DNA of 64,000 nucleotides from Octopus sinensis (taxonomy: Eukaryota), in contig NC_043000.1 of assembly GCF_006345805.1 (NCBI RefSeq), positions 38,316,001-38,380,000 of the forward strand, written 5' to 3'. Of the stretch, positions 40,729 through 54,223 are shown one piece after another (within the stretch, counting starts at the first letter, position 1; each line of letters starts with the position of its first letter). Position numbers and translations under genes: made by a program. The notes under the pieces are model-generated. The model saw nothing but the letters and a program-made list of their open reading frames with translations, searched no databases and was not told the origin of the DNA.

Positions 40729-41482
40729 TTAGTTTCAAAATTAGCCAAAAAGTCATTAATTAATAAATATAAGGGTAGCAAAAAATTCTAGAAAAAATTC
40801 TCCGCTACCAGCGGTCCAGTGAGAAAGAAAAGATAGTCAAAGACTATATAATATACATTCAAAAATATAAGGAATGGCCATAATAGGACATTCGACTCAC
40901 TAGAAAGAGCAGCCAAACTCAAACCGCTAAAAGTTGTAATTCTGAAATTGAAAGAGAAATAAAAACGTTTACCCTTTCATCTCTCGACTATGCATAGTTT
41001 CGGCAAACTAGAATTTTCTAGAATTTTTTGCTACCCTTATATTTATTAATTAATGATTTTTTTGGCTAATTTTGAAACTAAATCAGCAGTTTATATTTGC
41101 TGCTGAGAAGACCGCGCGATTGCGGTAGATTTTGAAAATTTATAGCATATAGACTTCAGGCTTCCTTTACCATCACCTCGTGGATATATGTTCGTCCTTG
41201 GCTTCTCTGCTGACGAGGCACGCCATTTGTAAATAAATTTAATTTAATTTAATTAATTTGTTTTCTAAAGTTTTCCGAAACTATGCATAGTCCAGAGATG
41301 AAAGGGTAAACGTTTATATTTCTCTTTCAATTTCAGAATTGCAACTATTAGCGGTTTGAGTTTGGCTGCTCTTTCTAGTGAGTCGAATGTCCTATTATGG
41401 CCATTCCTTATATTTTCCTTCTCACTGGACCGCTGGTAGCGGAGAATTTTTTCTAGAATTTTTTGCTACCCTTATATTTATT
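40729..41482 (+). mobile_element. Hammerhead-bearing element family P4: terminally redundant unit plus inverted partial copy
   Basis: 40729-41010 is the reverse complement of parts of 41013-41482. TTTTCTAGAATTTTTTGCTACCCTTATATTTATT occurs at both ~41014 and ~41449. Ends in (TA)n. Confidence 0.8.
41204..41298 (+). ncRNA. Type I hammerhead ribozyme, intact core
   Basis: UCUCUG-CUGACGA-GGCA...UUCC-GAA-ACUAUGCAUAGU-C/CAGAGA. Perfect 6-bp helix I, 12-nt palindromic helix III, GUC site after 41292. The inverted copy has UGCC, restoring helix II. Confidence 0.85.
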
Positions 41483-43429
41483 ATATATATATATATACTG
41501 AAAGGCATGATGCAGTGGTTTTCGTCTGAGCAAAAATCATTTCAAAGATCTTTTTGTGTTTGAAAAACAGTATTTAACAAAGTGAATTAAACATAGTTTC
41601 AGCAGTGACAACGAGAATGTCATAACGCATTTCGGCCTCCTCGATTCTTGCCAGTAATGTATACCCGCTTGTCGCATACCTACAAAAAATCGTCCGGTTA
41701 ATATGTAGGAAACAATGAATAATATATTCACTGATATTGCAGAAACCTTGCCGGGATGTAATAAATTCAGGGCATGCAATTGAAATAGCTCTGAATTATA
41801 ACACCCATGTGTATATCATGACTAGCGTATATACTCCATTGTGTACTTCTCGTTCGTCATTGTTGTGAGAAAATTTTCCTCACTCCGTTCTGTATTGTGT
41901 TTTTAACGTATCATACATATGAAGAGATTTTCCATCGGACAAAAACTACAGCATAGTGTCTGTCAATAGTATATATATATACATTATTTATCAAGCATAT
42001 TTGGTTATTTTATGTACGTACACACACACACACGCACACACTTACACATGCATATATTTAATTAACTATTAAATTTAGCATATGGTCGACGTAACTATTA
42101 TAGTTGAACTCTTTAGCACAAAGTAGGTTTCCTTCTCATATAAATAATATTTTTATAAAGACTCTGCATAATTTAGCATAATTTAATAACAAGTGGGATC
42201 AACTGGAGCGATTCTATAGTTGTGTTACTGCTATTTTGTGTAGAATATTCTAAATATGATTCATTCTTCAACTCGATCTAGAGAATGACTAACGAAATTT
42301 TTTCAAAGAGTTTCTGACGCAAAGAATCCTAAGAAAACACACCGAATCCTTTAGACTATCCATTTCCAGCGTCCTTAGAATGATGTCGCTAGTTTTATAA
42401 GTAATTTTGTTAAATGGTTGGTTGGATGGAAAATATTGCCTTAAGTGGCAATAACTTAGTAATAGTTTTGTATCATCTTAGCGATGGCGTCGGAAGCGAA
42501 TAAGTATCTGATCCGAAATACGAGTTAGATTTGAAAATATAATTATTGGGATCAAAGTAATGCGAAATAAATATGAAATTCTTGGCTACCAAATGATCTT
42601 CTTAAATGGCATTCTTTATTATTGGGAAGATGATTCTAGTTTAATAGCAGATTAGATATATAACCTCAGGGTTTTGGTCAACCGAAAACATTCGTGGAAG
42701 ATAGAAGAGGATAAAAACAACGAACGTTGTTGTCAGTAATATCGACATTAATTTCAAATTGCTTGTATGAAATGAAAGAATCATCTGGAGACCAGGAACG
42801 GAAAAACATGAAACAGATCTGATATTTGCATAAATTAATCAAAAATGGATGCTGATGTTCAAAATCTATACTCCATATCCATTCCCAAATCATTACATAT
42901 ATATACATATATACATATATACATACTCTATATACATCGTATCATATGGTTTGTATTTATTGTCTATGAGTGAGTGTGTGTGATGTGTGTGAATGTGTTG
43001 TTTGTTTGTTTGTGATGTATGAACGTGTTTGCCCATATAAGTTTCTGTCTGTGTTAGTGAATAGATACTAGAATATTCGCGAGATTTTGTATATATGTGC
43101 GTACACGTAAATTTTCATGTGATTGCATGTCGCAGTTTACACACAATTGTGCTTATATATGTTCACTTGACAATTGTCGAGAATGCTCGGCATGAAACCA
43201 ATGGTATATATATATATATACCATTGGTTTCATGCCGAGAATTCACAGCCGTTATCAAGCCTGTCACATGGGAAGTTTGTACTCATCTCCATTTTGACTG
43301 AGCTAACAATCAGGAGTTGTTCTGCCTTATCTGTATATTTATGCATTTATTCCCGAATACCGCACTATCTTGCGTAGTTTCGTGGTAGTCTCCTCCAGAA
43401 TGGAGACGATTACAATCTTCCCATGTTGC

Positions 43430-43477
43430 AGGTCTGATAATTGCTGAATATCATCGGATTGAAACCAATGGTAGCCT
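43430..43477 (+). ncRNA. Degenerate hammerhead motif
   Basis: AGGU-CUGAUAA...GAA-ACCAAUGGU-A/GCCU. G8 is altered and helix II is weak. Confidence 0.45.
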
Positions 43478-43617
43478 TGTTCATGCACAAGGAAAGAATA
43501 TTTATCCACGAATGCAGTGTTGAGCACTCATTCTCACTGTTCGGTATTAGTTTATCTTTTTACTGGTTTCATCCTAGGGGTGAGCTCATGCTTGTGCACC
43601 ACCTTTAGTTACTCGGT

Positions 43618-43745
43618 ATTGTTTTGTCAGCTGAATGGACCGGATCAATATGAAATAAAATGTCTTACTCAAGGACACAACAGGCCGCCGGGAATCGAAC
43701 TGGCGATCTAGCGATCGTAATCCGAATACACTAAACCACGCGCAT
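43618..43745 (-). mobile_element. 5' part of a tRNA-derived SINE (further family)
   Basis: Minus strand reads GTGGTTTAGTGTATTCGG...CAGTTCGATTCCCGGCGG...GTTGTGTCCTTGAGTAAGACATTTTATTTC. Confidence 0.65.
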
Positions 43746-44289
43746 GCACGAATTTATATCTTTGTGGCGGCTTGGGTATACGTACGTGCGTGTGTGTGTG
43801 TAATGTAAAGTGCAATATGCAATAAAGCACGATGGTTCCGATATGAAAGCTCCGTGATCAGAGCTCAGTTTAATCGTGTTTAATACGAGGCTAAACCACA
43901 ATACAAACAAAATCTACCATATTACTTAAATCACAGCAATGTCTTCTCTTCATCATAGCACAGATATTCACCTCAGTAGAGTATCTATCTACTGATCTAT
44001 ATACGTCAGACTGATATCACACTGACGTTTTGCGTTCATTCATTCTCAGAAACGTGGTATTATCTATGTTTATGGAGCTATTTTGTTTAAACAACAGAAC
44101 AAATTATCTGCACAATCTTGTACACCACACTTTGATCTTAGCCAAAAAGCTGTGGAATAACACACGATCTTATATATTGATAGCGATTTCTCCGTGTTCT
44201 CGTTAATGTGTTTGTATGCAGAAAAATAAATTCTGATATGTTTTATGTTTATGGCGTTACATTCGTTTACGTATATGTACGTTTTTAAT

Positions 44290-45170
44290 CTTTTCATTCT
44301 TTTACTTGTTTCAGTCATTTGACTGCCGCCATGCTGGAGCATTGCCTTTAGTCGAACATATCGATCCCAAGACTTATTCTTTGTGAGCCTAGTACTTATT
44401 ATATCGGTCTCTTTTGTCGAACCCGCTAGTTTACAGGGATATAAACACACAAACGTCGGTGGTGAAGCGATGGTGGGGGCACAAACAAACACATGCAGAT
44501 ACATACATACATACATACAAACATATATGTGTGTGTGTATATGACAGGCTTCTTTCAGTTTCCTTCAACCAAATCCACTCACACGGCTTTGGTCGGCTCG
44601 AGGCTGTAGTAGAAAACACTTGCCCAAGGTGCCATGCAGTGAGACTAAACCCGGAACCATGTAGTTGGTAAGCAAGCTACTTAATTTCAAAAATTTTACC
44701 ATAAAGGCATGATACAGGGTTGCTTGCGTGCTGGACAAAGTAAACCAGGAACCAGGTGCTTGGGAAGCAAGCTTCTTACCACAAAGCTACTCCTACGCCT
44801 ACGGTGTATCCTTTATCTTTTACTTGTTTAAGTCATTAGACTGCAGCCATGCTGGAGCATCACCCTGAAGAACTGTAGACGAATGAATCAATCCTAGTAC
44901 TTAGCGGATTTAGCCCGGTATTATTCTATCGGTTTCGTTGGCAGAACCGCTGTTTTACGGGGACGTAAACACACCAACATTGGTTGTCAAGCGGTGGAGT
45001 TGGAGTATACACAGACACAAAGATAACCCTCACACACACACCAAATCCACAGAAGGCTTTGTTCGATCCGAGGCTATAACAGAAGACTCTTACTCAAGAT
45101 GGCACACAATGGGATTGAACCCGAAACGTTGTGGTTGAGAAGCAAATGTCTTACCCCACAGCAATGCCTT
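44290..45170 (-). mobile_element. Two SINE family A copies
   Basis: 44290-44682 and 44815-45170, each opening with the reversed tail (TT.AGTCATT.GACTGC.GCCATGCTGGAGCA). Confidence 0.88.
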
Positions 45171-45185
45171 ATATATTAAGGAATG

Positions 45186-45240
45186 GAGGCAACATATGCT
45201 TCAAAGCGAGCGGATCCTCGGAAGCTACTCTTCAGGCCGA
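45186..45240 (-). ncRNA. Degenerate hammerhead motif
   Basis: GGC-CUGAAGA-GUAGC...GCUUU-GAA-GCAUAUGU-U/GCC. Near-palindromic helix III with A15.1 changed to G. Confidence 0.5.
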
Positions 45241-45308
45241 GGATATCTTGATTAAATGAAAGCTTACATGGTCGCAGGGAGATACATGTTGACGCATGGA
45301 AGATTCAA

Positions 45309-45343
<35 letters not shown>

Positions 45344-45428
45344 TATATACAGAAGGCGACTGGCCCCCTCCCCGAAAATTTCGGGCTTTGTGCCTAGAAT
45401 AGAAAAGAATATATGAATATAAGTCGCC

Positions 45429-45478
<50 letters not shown>

Positions 45479-45694
45479 TGAATCTTCCATGCGTCAACAT
45501 GTAACTCCCTGCGACCATGTAATATATATATATATATATGTATGTCATAATGTTGGCAAATGCTGTTCGGAAGAAGACAAAAATAAGCAACCGTTAGAGG
45601 ATGCGTTTAAACGTTAAGTAAACCCAGCATTTTGGGATTCTATCTACATCTGCACTGTTGACATACGAAAATCCATATATTTTTGTCTACTTTA

Positions 45695-46542
45695 TGAAAA
45701 AGGCCCGAAATTTTTTGGGAAGGGAGCCACTCGATTAGATCGACCACAATACACAACTGGTACTTAATTTATCAACCCCGAAAGGATAAAAAGCGAAGTC
45801 GATCTCAGTGGAAATTGAACTCAAAACGTAATGCCAGACGAAGTACCTATTTCTTTACTACTCGCAAAGGGCTAAATACAGAGAGGACAAACAAGGACAG
45901 ACACACGGATTAAGTCGATTACATCGACCCCAGTGCGTAACTGGTACTTATTTAATCGATCTCGAAAGTATGAAAGCCAAAGTCGACCTCGGCGGAATTT
46001 GAACTCAAAACGTAGCGGCAGACGAAATACCTATTTCTTTATTACCCACAAGGGGCTAAACATAGAGGGGACAAGCAAGGACAGACATAGGTATTAAGTC
46101 GATTACATCGACCCCAGTGCGTAACTGGTACTTAATTTATCGACCCCGAAAGGATGAAAGGTAAAGTCGACCTCGGCGGAATTTGAACTCACAACGTAAC
46201 GGCAGACGAAATACCGCTAAGCATTTCGCCCGACGTGCTAACGTTTCTGCCAGCTCTCCACCGTTACCTCGGCGGAATTTGAACTCACAACGTAACAGCA
46301 GACGAAATACCTATTTCTTTATTACCCACAAGGGGCTAAACACAGAGGGGACAAACAAGGACAGACATAGGTATTAAGTCGATTACATCGACCCCAGTAC
46401 GTAACTGGTACTTAATTTATCGACCCCGAAAGGATGAAAGGCAAAGTCGACCTCGACGAAATTTGAACTCACAACGTAACGCAGACGAAATACCGTTAAG
46501 CATTTCGCCCGGCGTGCTAACGTTTCTGCCAGCTCGCCGCCA
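45695..46542 (-). mobile_element. SINE family B multimer (trimer plus a dimer-like block)
   Basis: Repeated units joined by GACGAAATACCTATTTCTTT. Heads end near 46265 and 46540. Confidence 0.92.
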
Positions 46543-46769
46543 CCTTCTGAATATTCATATATTCATACATGAATGTCCATCTTTTCCATATTTTCCGTTT
46601 TTGGTTCACTCTTTTTACTTTATACATATGTGTTTATTCTATATATCCAGCATAAGAAGTCTTATTCGGTTATTAGCATCTCTCCCTCTCTCTCTCTCTT
46701 TCGCTCTCCCACTTCCTCTCTCTTTCTATTTCTGTATATACGCATATATATTCTTTTCTTTATTCTTTT

Positions 46770-46990
46770 TGTTGTTTCAGTCGCTTGACTGCGGTCATGC
46801 TGGAGCATCTCCTTTAGTCGAGCAAATCGACCCCAGGACTTATTCTTTGTAACCCTAGTACTTATTCTATCGGTCTCTTTTGTCGAACCGCTAAGTTACG
46901 GGCACGTAAACACACCAGCATCGGTTGTCAAGCGATGTTGGGGGACAATTATAGACACACAAACATATACACACATACATACATACATAC

Positions 46991-47045
<55 letters not shown>

Positions 47046-47225
47046 TACACACATACATACGACGGACTTCTTTCAGTTTCCGTCTACCAAATCTACTCAC
47101 AAGGCTTTGGTCGGCCCGAGGCTATAGTAGAAGACACTTGCCCAAGGTGCCACACAGTTGGACTGAACCCGGAACCATGTCGTTGGTAAGCAAGCTACTT
47201 ACCACACAGTCACTTTTGCGCCTTC
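46770..47225 (-). mobile_element. SINE family A, full length
   Basis: Reverse complement of the 9636-10060 copy. Confidence 0.92.
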
Positions 47226-47231
47226 ACACAG

Positions 47232-47266
<35 letters not shown>

Positions 47267-47805
47267 TGATTGAGACACAGATAGAGAGAAAGAGAAGTAG
47301 GTATATTTATGTAAACATAGGTAGACGTTGTGTTTGTACCCCGTAGCTTGATAACTGGTATTGGTTTGCGTCTCAGCAACCGGGTGGATTCGGAAAAATT
47401 GGCCAGTAGTGTAAGTATCGGGCTTAGAAATAAGTACTGAAGACGATTTGCATGACAAATTAATTTAATCCTGCAATGTTATGATTGAAAGAAAGAAAAT
47501 ACAAAAAAATACAATATCAGTTAAAGCATTAGTTAAAACTTGAATCACCTCTGTTATCCTTTTTTTCTTTTTGTTCACGGCATTCAAACAATTTTTGTTA
47601 GCAAATTAACCTTAATATAAGAGACAGGGATAGGAGTTGTAGTCAGACTTCGGAAAATCCTCACCACCAACGGCTACCCAAAACAGACCAAAGGGGTGCA
47701 GCGTTTTCACCTGAGTAGTGCAAAGGCGTCGTATTCCGGCAATAGAAAGGAATCACCAACAAATGGTAGCTACAGCGACCGAACTGTTACTGCGCATGCC
47801 TCTAT

Positions 47806-47830
47806 GCTGCTACTGCTGCTTTTACTGCTT

Positions 47831-47877
<47 letters not shown>

Positions 47878-47936
47878 GCTGGTGCTGCTGCTGCTGCTGC
47901 TGTTGTTACTACTACTGCTGCTGCTGCTGCTGCAGT

Positions 47937-47974
<38 letters not shown>

Positions 47975-47975
47975 T
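47806..47975. repeat. (CTA)n/(CTG)n array
   Basis: Directly visible. Confidence 0.95.
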
Positions 47976-48974
47976 AATTTACTGTCATTTTCCATTGTCA
48001 CACCATAGCGGCTGATATCTATACATTTATTCTATCGTACCTTGTATATCTACCACTATGCATGTAATTATGTTCTTGTATTTCGCTAATAAATACAAAT
48101 TCCATAACGTGTGGAGTTTTTCAGTGAAATTTTAATAGTTTTCCTTGAAATTGTTTCTATCTCTACTTTGATAGCTCGATATTTTAGTTAGATACTAGAA
48201 TGCTCTATTTTCTACTATTATATTGCACGATTCATTAATCTAGCTTATTGTATAATATAGTTTTATTACCATATTTCTTCTCACAGTAACCATAGATATG
48301 TTTTAAGTCTGACACTTTTATTTACAATTCGCACCTTGCCAACATACCTAACACCTTTCTATATCAAATATTTATTCATAATGTTTTCATTTCATGGTTT
48401 ATAAATGAGAATAATTCAAGTGAAGGGGGAAATAATCACCTGATATACCAGGAAGCATATTTTAAATTTATTTCTGTTGCCATGTTTCAACCAGAGTAAG
48501 AAAAAAATGGGAAGTAGAGAAAATTCTGAATAAGCAACGAAACATTCTTTCGTCATGTTTTATTCCTGCTAGCTTTTGACCTTTTTACGGTAATATTAAA
48601 TTTTCATCGAAGACATATAAGAGCCTGGTGTGCTACGATGACAATAACACAAAAAACATGATAACCTGCATCTTGTCCCTTTTATTATTTGAAACTGAGG
48701 TCACGAATATATTTCTATTTCTAGCATTTTATGGTAGCGGGAGTTTGTCTCCTGTCTAGACAGAAGAAATCAATATAATCGATCGTGGTTTTGATTTACG
48801 TCAATGACTCGGATCTCTTCATTCAAATATCGAACTAAAATATCCACATTTTTGGTGTAAATACACGGCAATCAGTTTACCGATGACTGGTGGCTTCCAT
48901 TGATAAAATTGGCTGGCTCTGTTTGTAATTGAACCCCACTGATTGAGTAAACTTATGAACAAAATCTTTCCACA

Positions 48975-49213
48975 TCATTTACATTATTTACAATTGACGG
49001 ATATTTGTCCTCAGCTTGTTTGTTGTTAACACAACGTTTCGGTGTCTTGAGGAAATTTCGAACCTGGGTTCTAATTCCTAAGGTATTTTTCAATGTTGTT
49101 AGTCACTGCCTTGAATCGAACTCGGAATCTTGGAGTTAGTAGCCAGCACTCTTAACCACTACGCCATATGCCCGTGACCTGAATAATTAATAATAATAAT
49201 AAAGATAATAATA

Positions 49214-49245
<32 letters not shown>

Positions 49246-49267
49246 AATGATGATGATGATGATGATA

Positions 49268-49325
<58 letters not shown>

Positions 49326-49512
49326 CAACATCGAAAAATACTTGAGGAATGAGAACCCAGGTTAGAAATTTCTCTAAGACACATAATGAAGGCTGGAGAT
49401 TATATCAGCCGAAACGTTGTGTTAACAACAAACAAGATGAGGACAAATATCCGTCAAATGTGAATAATGTAAATGATGTACATTATTCCTCATCTCTTAA
49501 ATATAGAACTGT
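48975..49512. mobile_element. Head-to-head pair of family P2: tRNA head + trinucleotide tract + hammerhead tail
   Basis: Minus copy 49173-48975 begins GGGCATATGGCGTAGTGGTTAAGAGTGCTGGCTACTAACTCCAAGATTCCGAGTTCGATTCAAGGCAGTGAC. Plus copy starts GTGACCTG(AAT/GAT)n at 49174 and has GGCTG...CAGCC-GAA-ACGT-T-GTGTT at ~49391-49423. Confidence 0.82.
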
Positions 49513-51367
49513 ACAATCTTTCCAGTTCTGAACATTTCATCTTCTTGTACGTCAGGGACTATGTTCTTTTAGGAAAACTTCATTCTTTATGGAATATGTA
49601 GTTGTTACGAAATACGAAAGGAACGTTACTACGTGCATATTAGGAGATATAATTCACTACAGAATAAATCTAAAGATATTAGCCAACATGTTGGCTAGTT
49701 TATTAACTAAATTAAATTTACTAGCATAATTTGCTTGAAAGATCTGTCTCGCTATAGAATAGACCTATAAATATCAGCTAACATGGTGAGATTGTAGGGT
49801 GTGGTCTGAAGGCCTGAAGATAATTTAATTACTATTTCTAGCAGATTGAACGACTACGTTGAGGCACCCCCGATAGATTGTGGTTCTACTGTAATATTCG
49901 GGGTGGAGGCTTAAGCATTCCATTATTCAAAAAATTCGTTCAACAATCAGGTAATAAATTTAACCTTGATTGGTTCTCTGATAATTGATTTATTAATTAC
50001 TCTCATTTTGCAATCAGCTTCATCGTTCTTTTCTATTTTTTTGGCCCTAGGATTCATAAGACCGGTTACCTGGTTTCCATGGTGTATTGGTGACTGAGAT
50101 CACAACACTCACCCTGGACGGGACTCCGATCCGTTGTAGGGTTCAACTTCAGCAATTTTGTGGGAAAGTGGAAAGTCGAGTACATCGATCCTGGTACTTG
50201 GCAGATCCTTTATTTTATTGGCACCGAGGAGACGAAAGGTCAAAATAGATCCCTGCAGGTTTTGAACTCAAAACGTAGAATCGGAAGAAATGCCGCTAAG
50301 TATTTTTCTTCATTGGCAGACTAACGATTCTACTATTTTTCCATTTTAATCATCATTGCTGCAATTAATTGGGAAGACCCAGAGAAAGCATTAACCGGAT
50401 CGAGCTGTTCCATCACACCGTCAATGTTACTAGCAAACACAGTGAAGTAAGAGTCAACACCATCCTCATGAATAATAGCGAAATAATTACTTTAAAAACA
50501 GCGTTATTGAAAAGCTGTCTGTTTGAAATATTGCTTTAATAATTATATATTACTTAAAGAAATCTTTATCTCATCAGAATCAATGATGCCGTGTATGATT
50601 TGATGCTAATCTTCAATATAAATATTTATCGAACCCCTTTCTAAAATGATATCTATCAGTTCAATATGTAGAAGTGTAGTTTATATTTAAAACATATTTA
50701 TATGTTTAAAACCTATTTAGTTTTCCTATTGGATGAAAATGAGGGTAGACTTCTTAGGACAGACTTAATAAGTCACATATATGACAGCGTTATCTCTGGA
50801 TTCGGATCTTGTGGGCCTCTAACAACATTGTATTACTGTATGGTAGCATATTAACACTCTAAAGATGGATAATTCTTTCTCTGGATTTAACTTATCATAT
50901 TCAACCTTACAGGAAGAATTCTGAGATTTGAAATGTTAAATAAACAACAGAAAACATTATAACATGCACGCACGCCTAAGCAGCATAGGACTTCCTCCAT
51001 TATTCAGTTCAACTCAGTATCAGGCCAGGGGTGTTTAATTCAAGCTGTCGTAATCATCAAAGCGACGGATGTGTGTGTATGTGTGTGTGTGTGTGTCTAT
51101 ATATTATATATTATTGTCTTTTTGCATTTATATTCGTATTTTTTTTTGTATTTATATTCGTGTAACATCGTCCGTTTTTCTGTCCATGTTTCGTACACAT
51201 TCGATCCTTTTCCCGAGGAATCTAATGCTCTTAGCTTAGTATTTCCTTGGGGCTGGCCAGATTGGAGCAATCTGAAGATTAATCAGCCGTGTTTTTGTAT
51301 CGTCTATTTGGATGTTATGCTTTCTTGTCCCATTTTGTATTTTATATATATATATATATTCTTTTAC

Positions 51368-51722
51368 TTTTTTTACTAGTTTCAGTCATCTGACTGCGGT
51401 TATGCTGGAGCACTGCCTTTAGTAGAACAAATCGACCCCAGGACTTATTCTTTGTAAGCCTAGTACTACCGAACCTTTAAGTTACGGGGTCATAAACACA
51501 CCAGCATCGGTTGTCAAGTAATGGTGGAGGGGTCAAACACAGATATACAAATACGTACATATACATACGGCAGGCTTCTTTCAGTTTCCGTCTACCAAAT
51601 CCACTCACAAGTCTTTGGTCGGCACGAGGCTATAGTAAAAGACACTTGCCCAAGGTGCCACACAGTGGGACTGAACTCGGAACCATGTGGTTGGTAAGCA
51701 AGCTTCTTACTACATAGCCACT
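51368..51722 (-). mobile_element. SINE family A
   Basis: TTTCAGTCATCTGACTGCGG...CTTGCCCAAGGTGCCACACAGTGGGACTGAACTCGGAACCATGTGG. Confidence 0.9.
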
Positions 51723-51743
51723 TGTATATATATTTGCATATGC

Positions 51744-52022
51744 GTGAAGGCGCTTGGCTTAGTGGTTAGCGTATTCAGCTTACGATTATAAAGTGCCGAG
51801 TTCAATTCCCAGTCCATTCAGCTAGTAAAAAGGAGTTGCACAGTATTCCAAAGGGCCAGCCTTTTCATATCCTGTAACCATGCTTAATCTCCCCGTGAAC
51901 AACGTTTAGGATACGCGCGTCTGTGGAATACTCAGCCACTTTCACGTTAATTTCACGGAGCAGACTGTTCCGTTGAACGCAATAACGGGAACACTCGTCA
52001 TCGTAACTGACGGAGTACCAGT
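51744..52022 (+). mobile_element. tRNA-derived SINE family D
   Basis: GTGAAGGCGCTTGGCTTAGTGGTTAG A-box and GAGTTCAATTCCC B-box. A similar head precedes a different body at 57100-57430. Confidence 0.65.
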
Positions 52023-52339
52023 CATTTGTATGTTTGTGTGCATGTGTGTGTGTGGTTGTGCATGCAAGGATGTATGCGTGCGCATAGATACATGAGGGCA
52101 TGTATATATATGTGTACATGTAAGCATGTATGGCTGTGTGCATGTACGTACAAGTAAGGAATCATGTATGTATGCGTGCAAGTTTGTGGTGTGTGTGTGT
52201 GTGTGTGTGTGTGTGCACTTCAGTAGACAGGTTGTTGAATTACGAATATGTTTTTGTGAAGGAGTGCATATATGCGACTGAAAACTGAAAGAGAAAGAGA
52301 GAAAGGGTGTGAGAGAGAGAGAGATGGATACATGTATAT

Positions 52340-52832
<493 letters not shown>

Positions 52833-53384
52833 GACACAAGAGAGTGACACAGAGATAAAGATAGAATAAATAAAGATTAAATTGTGCTAAAATGCAAAAA
52901 GCGGTGAGATGCACGAAGATAAGAAATTGTTAGGAATGCAACGAAGAAAATTAAAAGTGTGAGCGATGGCAAACAATAAAACCAAGGAAAGAAATAAACG
53001 GAAGGAGAAAGAAAATATGGCATTTACTGAAAAAGGAGAAACAAAATATGGTGTTTGCTGAGAAAATAATAACTGGAAGTGTCTAAATATTTACTTTGTT
53101 GTCGCAATTATCTTTCCATGTTGTTTGGTTTTGTTTCAATAAATTACATTTTCATAATATTGAAATGTTGAAAACGTATTAGTCGTAAAAATATTGATGG
53201 GAAAAGATGCACACATATTTATATAGGCACACACATGCTTCACTGCACGAATATCCACGCAAACGTGCATGCGCACACATATGCTCACACATACAGGCAC
53301 GTTAAATCTCTCCCTCTCACTCCATACATATGCATACATATATATAAATAGAAATATATATATGTCTTATATACTGTATAATAT

Positions 53385-53432
<48 letters not shown>

Positions 53433-53838
53433 ATGTCTCATTACGCAGTCACACACACACAGACACACACCAGGCTTCTCTCACTCTCTCCCTCACACAC
53501 ACCAGGCTTCTCTCTCTCTCTCCCTCACACACACAAACGCACAGGCACACAAAATATTCCTCTTTCTAACACACGTACGTAAAACAGAAACTCTTTCTCG
53601 CTCTTTCTGCCACTGTTTCTCTCTCTCCCTCTCTCTCGCTCGCTCTCCCTCTCTCTCTCTCTCTGCTTCTCACTTACATACACACACATGCACACTGACA
53701 CACACACAGACACACACAAGCGTGTATAAACACATGTACACACTCACAAAGAAAACAGATACATACACACATACACACATGCAAGTAACTATGAATATAA
53801 CTCTACATATAAATATACATGTATACGTATGAATATAT

Positions 53839-53882
<44 letters not shown>

Positions 53883-54061
53883 GTACATACATATATGTAC
53901 ATGCATATTGTATATATACAGACATACTCATATATAGATATATACATTTACATATATATATATATATATAGATAGATAGAAGATATATAGATAGATAGAT
54001 AGATAAAGATATAGAATAGATTCGATATATAATATATAAAACTATCTTTATATCTTATATA

Positions 54062-54101
<40 letters not shown>

Positions 54102-54189
54102 AATATATATTCACACACACGTATACAACCACACACGCCATATAACAGCATCATATTACACTTATATGATACATACATACATAATACAG

Positions 54190-54223
<34 letters not shown>

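Noticed and set aside
47630-47805. LRKILTTNGYP resembling the NGYP motif of Penelope-like ORFs
   Set aside because: Single short motif with no other PLE features nearby. Not distinguishable from chance by eye.
49102-49173. Functional tRNA gene
   Set aside because: A and B boxes are present but acceptor and anticodon stems pair poorly and it runs into a repeat body. Treated as a SINE head.
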